Assembly: GCF_037042905.1 (NCBI RefSeq)
Contig: NC_087245.1
Span: 35,590,001 to 35,654,000, forward strand
Reading direction: 5' to 3'
Source of the DNA: Lytechinus pictus
Lineage: Eukaryota
Length of the DNA stretch: 64,000 nt
The notes below the pieces were generated by a model. The model did not search any database, was not told where the DNA came from, and was given only the letters and a program-made list of their open reading frames with translations. Position 1 is the first letter of the stretch; the number at the start of each line of letters is the position of its first letter. Positions 1 to 14,076 of the stretch are shown in pieces. Both the position numbers and the translations under genes were made by a program.

Positions 1-719
1 GCACTGGTTAGAATCTGGTATCCCGTTAAATGAATTCACGAACGGGGAAGTACAAAGAAGTCACAGATTATACAATATTGATTTCATTTTTAAACAAACA
101 TTCATTAAAAAAAACGAGAAAAATATTATAAGCTAAGCTACGAGACGCATATAGAGTCTGCCTCCCTCTATATGCGTCTCTTAGCTTCGCAGCTCAAATT
201 ATGAAAATTCATGTTAGGGCTATACATGAAGTTCGAAATCTGTGCAAATGCGAGACGATCCCGATCTATAGACTATAGGCCTAGTCCCATCATGAATATT
301 CATAAATCGAGCTGCGATTTCTGCGCATGCGCAATTTGCGTTTGGGATGTTTTGGAATCGGCAGTGGAATTAATATGTGTGAGGAACCCGATACTGGCTC
401 TAAATCACCAATTTTGAGACTAACCGGAGGATGGATATGGAGTGAAATTAAAATGAAAAGTAGGAAGATATTAAGTTTTTATTCTTTTTAAAAATTGTGT
501 TGGTGCATAAGTTTTATATTTCCCCCCATAAAATCCCACTTTTGTCACTGTACTCGGAGTATCAGAGCGAGTTAACTACCTTGATGTAGGCTCCACTCCA
601 CTACCGCTAGTGAAAAGGAGTGGAGCCTACACGAACATCACAAGTTATGGTACGGTACATCTACCATTATCAAACCCGAACATGCCAAATGTTTTTTTGT
701 AGATCTACAGTACGGTACC

Positions 720-1366
720 GAGTATGATGGGGTGTCCAAACTTCGCGCACTTTTCAAAAATATTCATCAGGCTTAATTTTGTTCACAAAATATTCATAAT
801 TTATACAAAACCAATTCAAGAAAAAGTTACCACATTGACGGCAAGATCGCAAACTATAAAATCATGGACGAAAATGTAAAGTAGGTCAAGGGGTTTCGCC
901 GGTATCGCGATCTCAAAATTCTATTCCAATCAGCGAATGCGGCTGTGCTGGAAAACCGTTCAGAAAAAGTGTTACCTAACTTCGCGCACCAAAGCTTTTG
1001 TGGAGATTTAAACAAAAAATCAAGCTCAAAAAGTGAAATATTTATCTCAGATTGATGGCAAAATGCTATGGAATCGGTTAGTACCACATTTAACTCACAT
1101 TTTTGATGATTTCTGCTTGCAAAATGGTGATATCGTGATGCTTGTTGATTTCTTCAAAACGGGCGCTAGCGGTGACAAATTTGCCGATCTTTTGCCAATA
1201 TTTTCATGAATACTGAACTCATCCTAAAGAAATTTTCATTATAGGGCAATTTTAGATCGCTTTTCACGTTGATGATGTCAGATTTTAATGATATTGGCTA
1301 GTTTTTTAGATAATGACCATCCGCGAAGTATGGACACGCGCGAAGTTTGGACACACTGCCATACTG
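720..1366. mobile_element. Non-autonomous DNA transposon (MITE) with imperfect ~28-bp TIRs
   Basis: Left end gAGTATGatggggTGTCCAAACTTCGCG; reverse complement of right end cAGTATGgcagtgTGTCCAAACTTCGCG. No ORF and no clear TSD. Confidence 0.55.
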
Positions 1367-2445
1367 AGTAGTCGACAGTGACAAGTGTATCTAATCGATT
1401 CATGACATTACAAAGCCTTTGACAAAGGTAAGCCCAAAATAATGTCAACAATGAATTCCTTGAGAAAGTAACTTAAATAAACTTACATCACCCTAAATTA
1501 GGCATAACGTTAACGTTATTATAACTTAATTAAGATTTAAGGCGTACGGTAGGTATAACTGACTCAGCTAGTATTTATATTAGCAAGAGAGCGACGGCAC
1601 ACTGCTCTCAGCTCAGTTCTGCCCGAACCTCCCCGCTATATAGCGCTACCATGCGTACCGTACCGCATTATCGCATGCAGAGTCTCAGTCTCATGCAAAA
1701 TAAACGATGGTTGGGAGAAAGGGGCTTACAATAAACAAACATGTAATGCTTGATACAATCTCAATAATAATATAAATTTACTTACAACATAAACGAGTCT
1801 GAGACAGCTGAGTAACACTCGCCAAGAAGGAGAGATGGAGGTAATATCAAATCCGCCTGCCTGTCGTGTCTGTGTCGTCTGCATGTTCGATGTACCGTAT
1901 GTGTATTGAAAGTCAAACAAAGGGGGCGTACTCTTCATGATTGAAATTGGCACGTCGTATTACCCCAGCATCACAGCTATGACTAAAAAATCATGTAAAA
2001 AAAAATAGGAATAAAAATTATGGCATAATTAAAAAAATGTGTTTTGGTAATTCATATAATTGAATATTCTCCATGTTCTACTCCGAGACTTCCATGCAAA
2101 CTTGTATATGTAGTTATAAGGGGGGGGGGGGTGCCTCCGATGGCTCTGATATTCGATGCCTTGGCATAAACTCATTATTTTCTTCAGCAAGTCTTAGAGA
2201 AAAATTGCTGTGTTTTATTGTATAATTGTATAATGACCAACACTGCTCACGTTGAGATGAGATATATAGGAGTATGATGACGTCGAATATATCTGTCGCC
2301 ATGACAACAGGTGCCGCTACAGTCAACTTTGTGAATTTGAGTTCATGTTTAGACCTATTTTTAACTACGAATTCCAATAGGTCTACTCCCATCTTTCCCC
2401 AATACTCCCCAAGCACTTTAGACTATGATTCACAGCTTTCTCTGC

Positions 2446-3583
2446 CAGTGGCGTAGCTAGAATTTTTTTTACCTGGGGGGAGTCACTGTATTGGGGGTCC
2501 TCGCTTTTTAATGAGGGGGGGGGGGGGCAACAATTTTTTTTCAATGTGTTGTGTGTAGATGACGGGTCTAGCTTTCGCCAATAGGGGGGGGGGGGCGAAA
2601 ATTTTTCACCCCTATTTTCCCCGATCAGCCTCTCAAAGTTGATCTTTGTTTGTTTCTTTGAAGGGGTATACTCATAGTGGTCACTTATTAGCTATATTCT
2701 TACAAAAACAACGTGAATATCAAATGATCTCATAAGCCCTATATATATTTTTTTTTTTTGGGGGGGGATTTTTATATATTTTTTCCTAAAAATGTAACAT
2801 CCTGTGCAATGTTTGTGATCCTGAACAAGATGCGTGTAATTATTTAACTAAATAAAATTGTTAATAAACGTTCTGGCCTGATCGAAAAGGGACCTGTTAA
2901 GGATTGTTTGCAATTACACATGAAGACGATACTTTTATGTCAACAATTAAATATTGCGAGCGCAAAGCGAAAGCTGAAAATTTTTGACATTACGACGTAA
3001 AAAAGGGTTATTTTAAAAGCACTTTTTATAATCATGAAAGGAATAGATATATAACTATACAATAATGCGAGCGGAAGAAAATTGAGAGTTTAGACCTAAA
3101 AACGGGACACTCTATAAATATTTTGTAAATCATGAATAAGATGGGTAAATTTGGGGTATCTTCCTATATACATTAATAATGCGAGCGTGAAGCGAGGAGC
3201 TGAAAAATATTGATATTCTTATTTGCAACTGGATAATTTAAGTACGTTTTAACTACAGAACAAGCTGAGTATCTCAATAAACATGCGTGCGCGTGTTTTA
3301 GATTTAGACCTTGAATCTATGGGCATTCTGAATACATTTGACATGAAGATCAATAATGCGAGCGCGAAGCGCGAGCGAAAATTATGTATAGTGACATGAA
3401 AGATTCGTTTTGCAAGTCTTCCCCTCACCTAATTTCATTCACACGTCTTTCTCTTATTTTCCTCTTTTTTTCCTTTTATCTTTACCATTCTTTTTTCTTT
3501 CTTTCTCCCCCTTTTTTTTCTTCCGCCAATTTTTTTCAGGGGGGTGCTCGTGGTCCCCAGGACCCCCCGTAGCTACGCCCCTG
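2446..3583. mobile_element. Composite MITE with CAG(T/G)GGCGTAGCTA termini (hAT-like ends)
   Basis: CAGTGGCGTAGCTA at 2446 and TAGCTACGCCCCTG ending 3583. Internal GCGAGCGCGAAGCGCGAGC-like motifs recur elsewhere in the window (e.g. ~40473). No TSD visible. Confidence 0.5.
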
Positions 3584-3814
3584 GTCACAATATTTCATAT
3601 TTTTCAAAAAGCAAAATCGTGATAAAATTGCAAAATTGTGTTAAAAAATGCAAAGAGGGCTTCCTTCGTGAAACGGCCAGCGCCGAGCAGACAGGATTGG
3701 CTCACTATTTCCGTTTCGGTCAAGAAGTTAGACATATGACGGTTTCTGAGAAACGGGCCCCAGTATTCCATAAACCTCGGTTTAATTATTATGATATCAC
3801 ATTAAACTCTTTAA

Positions 3815-4395
3815 AGGTCACGTCCATCTCAGAAAAAAACGTTAATTTGAATAAATAGAGTAATATCAAACTAGCATAACGCTGACAATTTCATCAAGTC
3901 GGATGTTAAATAAGAAAGTTGTGACAAAGTTTGGCTTATTGTTCACAAAACAGTGATATGCTCAACTCAGTGACATGCAAATGAGACAGACGATGATGTC
4001 GCTCACTCACTATTTCATTCAATTGTATTGTTTGAATTATACAATATTTCATTTTTTTGTACAGATTTGACAACTTCACTGAACCATAATTATAGTATTA
4101 AGAATGCTTATTCCATATGTTCAGGAAGGAATTAATTGTTGTTTCACTTGACAATGAGGAGAAAATTAGAATATTTAATATTTCATATTAATACAAAAGA
4201 AGAGGTGGTGGATGACGTCATCATTTTCCTAATTTGTATACCGACCACGATGTGCATATTTTGTACATGTTTTGTAAAATTAAACGAAACTTTAAAACTT
4301 TCTTATTTCCGATTTTGATGAAATTTTGTATATTATGCTTGTTGGATTTTTCTCTTTGTATTCAAATCAACTTTCTGTTGGGATGGACTTGTCAT
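3815..4395. mobile_element. Diverged copy of the TTAA-flanked AGGTCAAGTCCAC MITE family
   Basis: TTAA|AGGTCACGTCCAT...ATGGACTTGTCAT. Internal sequence is collinear with the copies at 8900 and 50629. Confidence 0.7.
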
Positions 4396-5211
4396 TTAGC
4401 AAAATACATTATCGCATATCCTGCGATTCAATGGCACATTGTTTATTCTATAAAAATATATATAACATTGTAGAACCAAAGCTTTTGAGTCTTCATACAT
4501 GGAATAATATATCTCAAGGTTTTCGATGAAACCTTTGAAAACAATATTTTTTTTTCTAATTACGTAGGAAAGGGAGAATTCCTCTATGGTATATAATAAT
4601 AGTATACGAAATACTTCGGATGACTCCTGGAGCGCTCCTCCGACAGAGAGAGAGGGGGGGAGCGAGAGAGCAAAAAAGAGAGAGGTGGAGAGAGGGGGAG
4701 GGAGGGGGAGAGTGAGGGGAGGGGGGAGGGGAAGATAAGAAGAAAGAAAGGGTGGGGTATTGACACCATTATATGCATCAACATCATTTTGTTAGGTCGA
4801 ACCCGAGATAAATCCCCATTCAATACAAATTTGTATAGTTGGTGTTGATTGAAAAGTCACGGTTATTTACTTTGCGGAATTTTTCAATTTGAAGATCTAC
4901 TTATTATTTTATGTCTCTTTAGATGAGGGTAAAATTTGTAACAGTTTTATCATTACGTTTGTTCATTTATTTCATTTCAGTTATTTCCACAATAGCAGAA
5001 AAGGAAACACATTCTGTACACCTCAACATCATCATGGAAAAGATACAATTTACATTGCACTGAAACATAATAATACATTACATTCGTGAAAGCAGATGAA
5101 TAATTGTTAATGATCATGTACCTTAAAAGCTCTCATGTGGAGGAAAACTTATGAAAGCAAGGCTTGTGAAACAGTTTCCCTTTGGCATAGATAATGGTAT
5201 CATTATCTATA

Positions 5212-5259
<48 letters not shown>

Positions 5260-6897
5260 AAGAGGGCCCTTTGCCCCCCTTTGCACAACGTGTATTGCAG
5301 CGCGTCATGTTTTTTATGCTTGATTTATTTACGCCTATATTATATATATATATATATATATTTGAAAAAGTTCATTTTTTTATGAAAAATTTCACAAATT
5401 CACCAAGAGTATGCACGAAATCATTTAATTTTACTTCACAAAATGCAGAAGTTTCCCAATGACAAGCTCGGTTGTTTTGCTCCCTCCCTTTCGAGTTTGT
5501 AGGGAAAAAGTTTACGCGTCCTGCTCCCCCCCCCCCCCCCCACCAGCCCCCAAAAATCTGGTTCGGCCATGCATGCAAGGCGAGAGTCAGACACTTATTA
5601 TTATTATAGTAGGCCTACTTCCATTCTCATTTTCAATTATTCATTCATATAATTGATTGATCGTTTTACGTAAAATTGTCGAAGACAGATCGGTTGGGTG
5701 TAGTTAATTCCGTCTACATCGTCATCCAATCTGTCACATGATTATAATTTGGGAAAAGGTTTTAAACGGAACCTTTGCATGATGACAAGGGTACACGGGA
5801 GCAGAACATCACATCTCTGGGTTGGGGCGGGCCGGAGGGAGGGGGGTCCAACTAGACGTGTTAACAGTTAAACTTGAACTCAACACTGACTGAGTGTGGT
5901 GATCTTTCAGTAAATGACATTTCTGCTGAGCGGTGTCCTTGAAGACGCGATATAATGTTCATAAAATGTAACTCTCCCAATGCAAATGGCAAGAGTTTGA
6001 CGTCGCTTTACGTTTCCATAGTTCTAGCGAACTGAGATGACTGAGCCCAATACACGTTCGGAACACTTCTATTCCAAGGCGTTTAGGGGACAATTTTGGA
6101 GACGTTGCCCTCTGACCTTGGAAGGGTGCGATTCGATCCGTCTTTGACCTTAATATCTGAGGACATCTCGGTCGCCTGGAGACTCCTATACAAACAAGTC
6201 CTGTCGAGATCTGGTGTAAGGTTCACGCGATATGATTTGATAGAATGATGGAGAGTTATTGCACGCCAGGGAGATATTGAGAACAAATGGAGAAGGATGA
6301 GGAATGCTAAGTGTATTCATCCCTCATCCTATAAACATGATAAAGCGGGAAGTAGATATAAACCATGCATAGGGAGTTAGGGACATAATTATTGTTTGAG
6401 AGGCCAGAGTTCGTCAAGCGAAAAAAACTCCAGCCACCACCTGTCTTTGCTTTAGTTTGTGAGGGTAAGTATTACATGTATTTCATTTTCTGTTCGATTA
6501 TCTACAATCAATTAAGTGTAAGAATATCAGTCAAAAAGCGTATAAGTAGTCCAGGAGAGTGTCATCCAATGCAAGCAATGTACATTTGATCGTGGTGATG
6601 AGTGAGTTTCTCTGCGGTTGGTTTTCATCATGGACCTATCATGGACCTTAACATCAACATTAACATGCAATCGAACACACCTCTGCACAGGCAAATGCAT
6701 AAGAAACAAACAAACATGCATGGGTATTTCAAACCACGACTCAAACCCCCTTATCTCACATAACCATCACTACATAAACCCCCATAAACCACAACAAAAC
6801 ATAAACAATTAAGAAGCAGGGGCTTGATTTGAAAGGATTTTCATCTCTCTTGACACAGACAGAATCATGTTTTGTATTGACCCTTCATGACCATTTC

Positions 6898-7290
6898 TGC
6901 TCGTTTTGCAGCTTTTCAATTCAGACCTCATCCAACACTCTGAATCCTGCTCCTTTCGTGATGGCATGATCATAAAAAGCATAGTTTCATTTTAAAAAAT
7001 TAAATGATCTTTTGAATGATATCAAATATGCATTGTGTAAAATTGGGAGTTGGGAGAAATCAATGACCAAACTCAGATTTCCAAACTTTTTTTGCTCGTT
7101 TTGCAGCTTTTTGATTCAGACCTCATCCAACACTTTTGAATCCTGCTCTTTTCGTGATGGCATGATTATAACAAGCATGGTATCATTTAAACAAAAATTA
7201 AATAATATTTTGAATAATATCAAATATGCATTGTGTAACATTGGGAGTTGGGAGAAATCAATGGCCAAACTGAGATTTCCAAACTTTTTT
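6898..7290. repeat. Tandem duplication, 2 x ~195 bp
   Basis: TGCTCGTTTTGCAGCTTTT...CAGATTTCCAAACTTTTTT occurs at ~6898 and again, with substitutions, at ~7092. Confidence 0.85.
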
Positions 7291-8899
7291 TGAGGGGTTT
7301 ATATATATAATTATATTATATACATATATTTTTTTCGGGGGGGGGGATGCCCATACAAAAACGATACTAAAATGGTAATTTTTAAGTTTATGTGCATACA
7401 CTGAATCATTGACGTAGACAGGCCTCAAGTTTTTTTCTTCTTCGAAGAAGGAGTGCATTTCCATCCCTCTTTCTGCGGGTTGCACTTTGATAATCATGAT
7501 TATAAGCCTTGGTTCTTTTCATGCATCGTAAGTAGAAATTCCGATCTTTTTTCAAATCCCCTCAGGAGTTTGGAATGCAATTTCAAATATAAATGAAGTG
7601 ATCACCTTTTCACCGAGGCTTGTCCGCCCATTTCCTTTGAAGTTGATCCCTGCTTTTGTTGGCTTTCTTTACATTGTTAACGAACTAAATCAATATTATG
7701 CCCTGGAGTTGATGTGCTTGACGTTTTAGAGATTGAATGGTCTATTAGCTTACTTTAACCCGTCAACTACTGAATTTTATATACATCTCCGATACAATTT
7801 GTACAGGAGTGACCAGTCGATTCGAGTTAGCAAATGGTTAACTCGTGCTGCGATGCCTTTGGAAGGCAAACTATTGTCATTCTTGTACATGATCTTTTTG
7901 TGTGCACCCTATATACCCTAAAGTGATAGGAGGGAAAAAAGGAAAATTAGGTTAATCTCATATCGATGTGAATGGAATTTCATATTTCATGGTCATGACG
8001 GCCATAAAGCAGGTAAATGAAGGATATGATATACATGAAATAAGATGAATATATAGAAAAGAAAAAAATAATTTGTAGTGTTTATGGAGGGAGGGGGGGG
8101 GGGTAGAATGCGAGATGAGTGTGTGATACCACCCCCACTGACTTCCACATTATGCAGGCCATGAATGCACTGGCGTACAGATGGGGGGGGGGGGCAAGGA
8201 AAGGAAAGAGATAAGGGTGAAATATATGATATCATTTTCTGAATATTATGTCGAAATCTATTACAAACTTGGACTTTTGTAATGAAAATGTCGAAATTTT
8301 TGCTCGCTCGCAGCTTTAAATCAATTTTACGCGATAGGCCATAACGAGCCCCATCAATTTTTGTGGCTCATTACGCCACTGCAGAAATATATTTGAGAAA
8401 AAAGGTGAAAAATAAGGGATCCGTTGCATAAAACTTTTTGCCATGAAACACTCTGGCAAATAAAAAAACTCTGAATTTGCCAGAGCCTTTTCTATGGCAA
8501 ACGTTTTATGCAACGGGTCCAAGGTCTTCGATTTTCTTATTTCAAATCCGATTTTGATGAAATGTTCAGTGTTGCATTAATAATTGGCTTACTATCTTTT
8601 TTTATTTTATTTTATTTTTTTACATCACATCGTTGTTTGATATGGAACTCGCTTGTTATTGATGATCAGGAGCCAGCTTGTAATATCACAAAGCGCACAA
8701 AGCCTCATTATTTGCATCTAACGAGAGGGCCAATTATTTCTAGACGGCTGAGTTTTGACATTTCATTCTCGAGCTAGGTGAACGACAAAACGTCTTTCAT
8801 TCAACTGTTAATCAAAACACTGCGGATGGAGTAGTCTCTCTGTACAACCTTCGGCCGTTGAACGTTGAGCCAATAGAGAGAATTGGTCTGTTGACTTAA

Positions 8900-9504
8900 A
8901 GGTCAAGTCCACCTCAGAAAAATGTTGATTTGAATCAATAGAGAAAAATCAGACAAGCACAATGCTGAAAATTTCATCAAAATCGGATGTAAAATAAGAA
9001 AGTTAAGACATTTCAAAGTTTCGCTTATTTTTAACAAAATATTTATATGAACGAGCCAGTTACATCCAAAATGAGAGAGTCGATGATGTCACTCACTCAC
9101 TATTTCTTTTGTTTTTTATTGTTTGAATTAGAAAATATTTCAATTTTTACGAATTTGACGATTAGGACCTCCTTGCCTGAAGCACAAAATGTTAAAATAA
9201 TGGAAATCCACGTGTTCAGGGAGGAATGAAACTTCATTTCACATGACAATGACGAGAAAATAAAAATATTTCATATTTCATATAATAAAATACAAAAGAA
9301 ATAGTGAGTGAGTGATGTCATCAGTTCCTCATTTGCATACCGACCGAGATGTGCATATATAACTGTTTTGTGAAATGAAGCGAAACTTTAAAATGCCATA
9401 ACTTTCTTATTTTACATCCGATTTTGATGAAATTTTCAGTGTTATGCTTGTTGAAATTTTCTCTTTTTATTCAAATAAACTTTTTGTTGGGGTGGACTTG
9501 TCCT
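8900..9504. mobile_element. Kolobok-like MITE (TTAA TSD, AG...CT ends)
   Basis: TTAA|AGGTCAAGTCCACC...GGTGGACTTGTCCT|TTAA with long internal inverted segments. A closely related copy is at 50629-51231. Confidence 0.85.
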
Positions 9505-11232
9505 TTAATACAACAGCTTCGTATTCATATTCAAAGAAAGTTGATTGTACCCGGGATCGGGATTGAACATGCACGGTATAATGAGTGTGAAGGAAAGGGC
9601 ATTATAGTACTTTCTTTGGAGCCGTGATTGAGTGTTCGGAAGATGACAAAACGAGTTCACTAACTCAGGATTGTTCATTATACGTCAGAGAGCTAGGAGG
9701 GAAGAGAGTTGGATTATTCGGTGATGTCATCCCTGGCATCTTCCTCTGTAGATCTCCCCCAACGTCATTCGACCTCTCGTGCACATCCACATCATCATTA
9801 GATGCTCGTATTCACTCGTCTCTCAGCGAGTTGAACCACCAGCACCCAGTTGTGAGCAGATCCTAGCTGGCGAGGAAACCCGTAACCTCCCCGTAGGAAA
9901 TCAGGAGCAACCCGATCCAGGTAAGGATCCTTGGGGTGTGAGGGAGGAAACGTTGAAAATGGGGGAAAAGTTGCGGATTTTCGACATTCCTGTTGATTTG
10001 GGACAAAGATTTGTGTCTGGGATCCCTACTTAGTTGGCTACTAGAATTTTGCGAAACAGGACATCTCTTAGGTCATGTTGTATCTTTGTGACGTCATGTG
10101 ACATCATTCTATTCAAGAAGAGGCTGGAGAGCACCTCATCAAATTCTTGAAACTTTGTACGTCTTCATACAGCCGAAGTGAACCCTTCTCCATCATGTAT
10201 ATAGAGCTTGAAAGCTCAATGCATTTTTCGTTGAAACATTAAGTCAATCTTCAAAAGTTTTCTTTCATACTTTTTATATGCTCTGTTGCTTTTATATAAC
10301 TATATATTAATTGCCACTAGTGTTATTTTCCCAAAGCCGTGTTGTGTATGCTTCCGAATAAGTTCTGTCTGGGATAAGCATGGCACGGGAAACCTCCAAC
10401 GGTTTGACGTTTGCATGATCATTATTTTTCAAAAGCTAACCATTATAATTCACACCCATTTGCCTAAAAAATACTTGTGATTATACTTTAGAAAGGATGC
10501 GATAGCTGAAAAGTCACTATCTTTCTCTAACTTCTCTTTCATTTTATTTTCTTTTCATGTTTTTTTTCCAGAAATTTTATATAGGAATACATTTTCCCGC
10601 TTGACATAATAGGCTATGGGGAGCATCCAGTTTCTTTGCGCAAATTATTTCCAAGAGATTGTATGTGTATGTGCACTTTTATCTGCATTTTCAATATAGG
10701 CCTACCAAGGGCTAAAATTACAAAACAATAAACAAAGCCTTATAGTCTTACACCACAAGTGGCGTAGAATTTCATGCTTCCATTTAACGTTACCATGGCA
10801 ACATATGACATACATTCGACTGCAATATTTAATGGATTGTGTGGAAACCTGATGGAGAGCCTGTGTTTTTATTTTGCTCTGACATCAAGCGATCCCTCCT
10901 GTCTTTTATATGTATTAACATAATGGATATGGTTAAAATCGGAACGGAATTGCGTTTGCAATAATATAAAGTTCAGGTTGGGAGATCTTGTAGGATATAT
11001 AGACATAAATAACATTTGATGGTCTTATTTAGAAGAAGCATGTTTACAAAAGGGTGAGTTTGATAATTACTTGAAAAATCACTGCATCCTTCCCAGGCCC
11101 AAGTATAGCGCGGTTTATGACGAACCATATTTTGTTTGAAAAGCTGTCAACCTCGACCGCTTACCTTTTACCTACTTGGTTTCTCTTGGAATTTCAAGAA
11201 AGAGATCCGAAAGACACAGTAACCTCCGTTAA

Positions 11233-11644
11233 AGGGGAAGTTCACCCTGACGGAGAGTTTGTGTAAAAATACAAGAAATATATATTTCTAAATATTAATG
11301 AAGGTTTTAGGAAAATCCATTAGACATTAAGAAAGTTATCTGAATTTTAAGTTTTGATTTGTGACGTCATATAATCAGCAGGTAATGCAAATGCATAAAT
11401 GTCAATTTTATAATGGTTCTTCAGGAGCGGTTATGAAGTAATTTGCATGTTGATATAATAAAGGTACAATAAAACATTCTTTCATTAAAAAAACCCCAAA
11501 CATTTCATTATTTTTTTCTTAAATTCACGATACATGTGAAGCTAATAATTTTTTTAATCTCTGATGGATTTCCCTCAAACTTTCACCAATGTTTTTTTTT
11601 TCTGCTCTTTTTAGAACAAACTTTCGACAAGGTGAACTTCCCTT
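11233..11644. mobile_element. Kolobok-like MITE, second family
   Basis: TTAA|AGGGGAAGTTCACC...GGTGAACTTCCCTT|GTAA. Confidence 0.7.
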
Positions 11645-12744
11645 GTAAAGATAGTATAATCATGTTTAGGTGGGGGGAGGGGTGTCAAGTAAGGGAGGGT
11701 GACTTTATGGTTAGTGCTAATCCATGGGCAGCGATCGGGTGTGTGTGAGGGTGGGGGTGGAGGCGTGTCCCCCTCGAATTTCGATTCTTGTACAGCAGCC
11801 AGTAGGGGAGAATCATCTCCTCCCCCCTCCCCTCGGACTGAAAGACTCACGAAATCACTGCGTCCTGTGGCACCATCCTTGCTATCAGAGAATATGAGCT
11901 ACTGACGTCATAATTGGAGTTGATAGATTTTTAACCTATGTTCCTTTCACATTTTGTTTCATGTTTCTTTGGTTGGATATCGATGTCTATACTGACGACC
12001 GTGGGGAGGGGGGGGGGGGGCCGGTGCCATATTTGAACATCGTTAATCTCTTTACATGAATAATGCTGATTACTGGTTTACTGAAATGTGGTTATTCTAC
12101 AGTTGCATGTGCTTGCTACTTATCATGTTAATGCTTATTGTGAATTAAAGTTGTGTTTGCTCCAGCGTTTAGGGATTTTCTTATACAAAATCTCAGAACC
12201 ATGGCTACATTTTTTCACCTATTATGTGAAAACCAGTCTTCTAGAATAGTGTTAAATTTCTCTCATAGCTTGCCTTTATGTTTCGATTTCATGCCCCTTG
12301 CTTCAGGTACTTATACGATTATATACTTAATAATAGATTGTGTTATGAGATTATCCAGCATGTCAAGGGACCGGGAGAAGATTTAGCAGGTGCTTGGGAA
12401 AACTGAGAGGGTTCTTGGTTGATACATCACACTTCAGGTATTTTGAAGGGTCTGGTAAAACTGAATGACGCGAACATAGGGTAAAGTAAATGAATGATAT
12501 AATGCTGGGAGGGGAGAGGGAGACGTGTAGAAGAAAATAAATAGAATAAGGGAGGAGTAAGGGGGAGGGGGGAGGGAGAGGGAGAGGGGGGGGGGGTGCG
12601 AAACTCACCCCCTCTTGTCTTCCCCTGTGTAGCCCGGGTTTGGTAATGATAGATATCTCCATGGGGTAGCTCCACCCCCTCCCGAAACGCACAGCTTCAC
12701 AATGCTATGCCACCGTTGTTAGTGATCGCAACGCAAATAAAATT

Positions 12745-12775
12745 TATAATAATATTAATGATAATAATAATAATG

Positions 12776-12806
<31 letters not shown>

Positions 12807-13030
12807 ATGAGGCTTATAAAGCACCAAATCCACTTTGCAGAATGCTCAAGGCGCATAAAGAAATCAAGAAGTAAAAAGAAAGGTTTTAAGAACCTTTTTA
12901 AAAGACTCAACAGAGATACAGTTTTTGATGTCTTCAGGAAGTCTGTTCCATAGTATGGGACACGCATGAGCAAAGGATCCCCCCACCATTTATGTATTGA
13001 AATCACTTTCTATTCTGGTTGCAACAGTAA
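12745..13030 (-). mobile_element. LINE (L2/CR1-type) 3' fragment with (TTA)n tail
   Basis: The minus strand encodes ILWNRLPEDIKNCISVESFKKVLK, the typical WNxLP...S...FK..LK end of CR1/L2 ORF2, followed by a simple-repeat tail. Confidence 0.6.
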
Positions 13031-14076
13031 AATTTCTGACATTATCGGGTGCTAAGGTTAAAATATTATTTCCCTTTTGTCTAGACTGCTGTTACTGCTG
13101 AATTATTAATTTATTTACTATCAATGTCTGATAAAAGAGAGTAGAATAACCATGGCAACATGGAAAACGACTGAATTACATGAACATAAATTCCTCCAGT
13201 GGCGGAACCAATAATAGATAGAGATGGTGGGGCGGGATGAGGGTATCTATTCTTATAATGATGTGGGGGAGCCATCGTTCTACCGCCCCCCTCTCTCTGT
13301 CAAGGTGAAATAACATTTACAGCCAATTCTTATGTTCATTTTATTAAAGGAGGGGTGTGTCTTTTTTTATTGCCTTTTCTCTTGTATTTCCTGAGGTGCC
13401 TGCCACAGCAAGAGAAATGGTGCATATATCATGCAACCAAATATCCAATACCATTGTACATGTAGCATAGTAGAGCAATGAAGGCATCAATTCCCCGTGT
13501 TCAATATCCATTTCTCTCTCACTCTCATCCTATTTTAATATGCACAATTAAAATTCCCATTAAGGGTATCGGATAGCTGACGTTGTGTGAAATTGCCTGT
13601 TAATTGAAGCGCAGTATCATAATACACCCAGGCACTTAACATTGGAGCGATCCACCAAAGTTCAAGGCTGCATGGTATCATTGATAAAAATTGATTACTA
13701 GTATAGTTGTTTCCTTATCATTTTTCCATTAATCAATATACGCCATGATAGGTTGATTGGACCTAGTAATAAACGCAACCCTGAATTAGCCCTGAATGTA
13801 AACCGGGACCCAGCGTGTGTATTGGCATGGTGGTATAGTATTATAACTTCCAAACAAATTTATATGATTCAAATAGTACACCGGAAACATTATTACGTAC
13901 GTATACGCAGTATTATCACGTACTTACGTAATGAATACTACGTACGTACATATTAAATATTACGTACGTAATGATGTATTTTTTCGTTGCAAAAAATGTC
14001 CGGTTTGGGGCTTCGTGAATTTAGCTGCCGGGTTAACAAAATTACCCCAATCTTCTTAACCCTTTTCAGACATTAA

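Noticed and set aside
5960..7720. Possible decayed transposon coding sequence on the minus strand
   Set aside because: Composition looks coding-like in places, but frames are broken and I could not identify a diagnostic motif.
13380..13490. Faint minus-strand resemblance to SLC17 exon 2
   Set aside because: Only short scattered matches needing frameshifts; not distinguishable from chance by eye.
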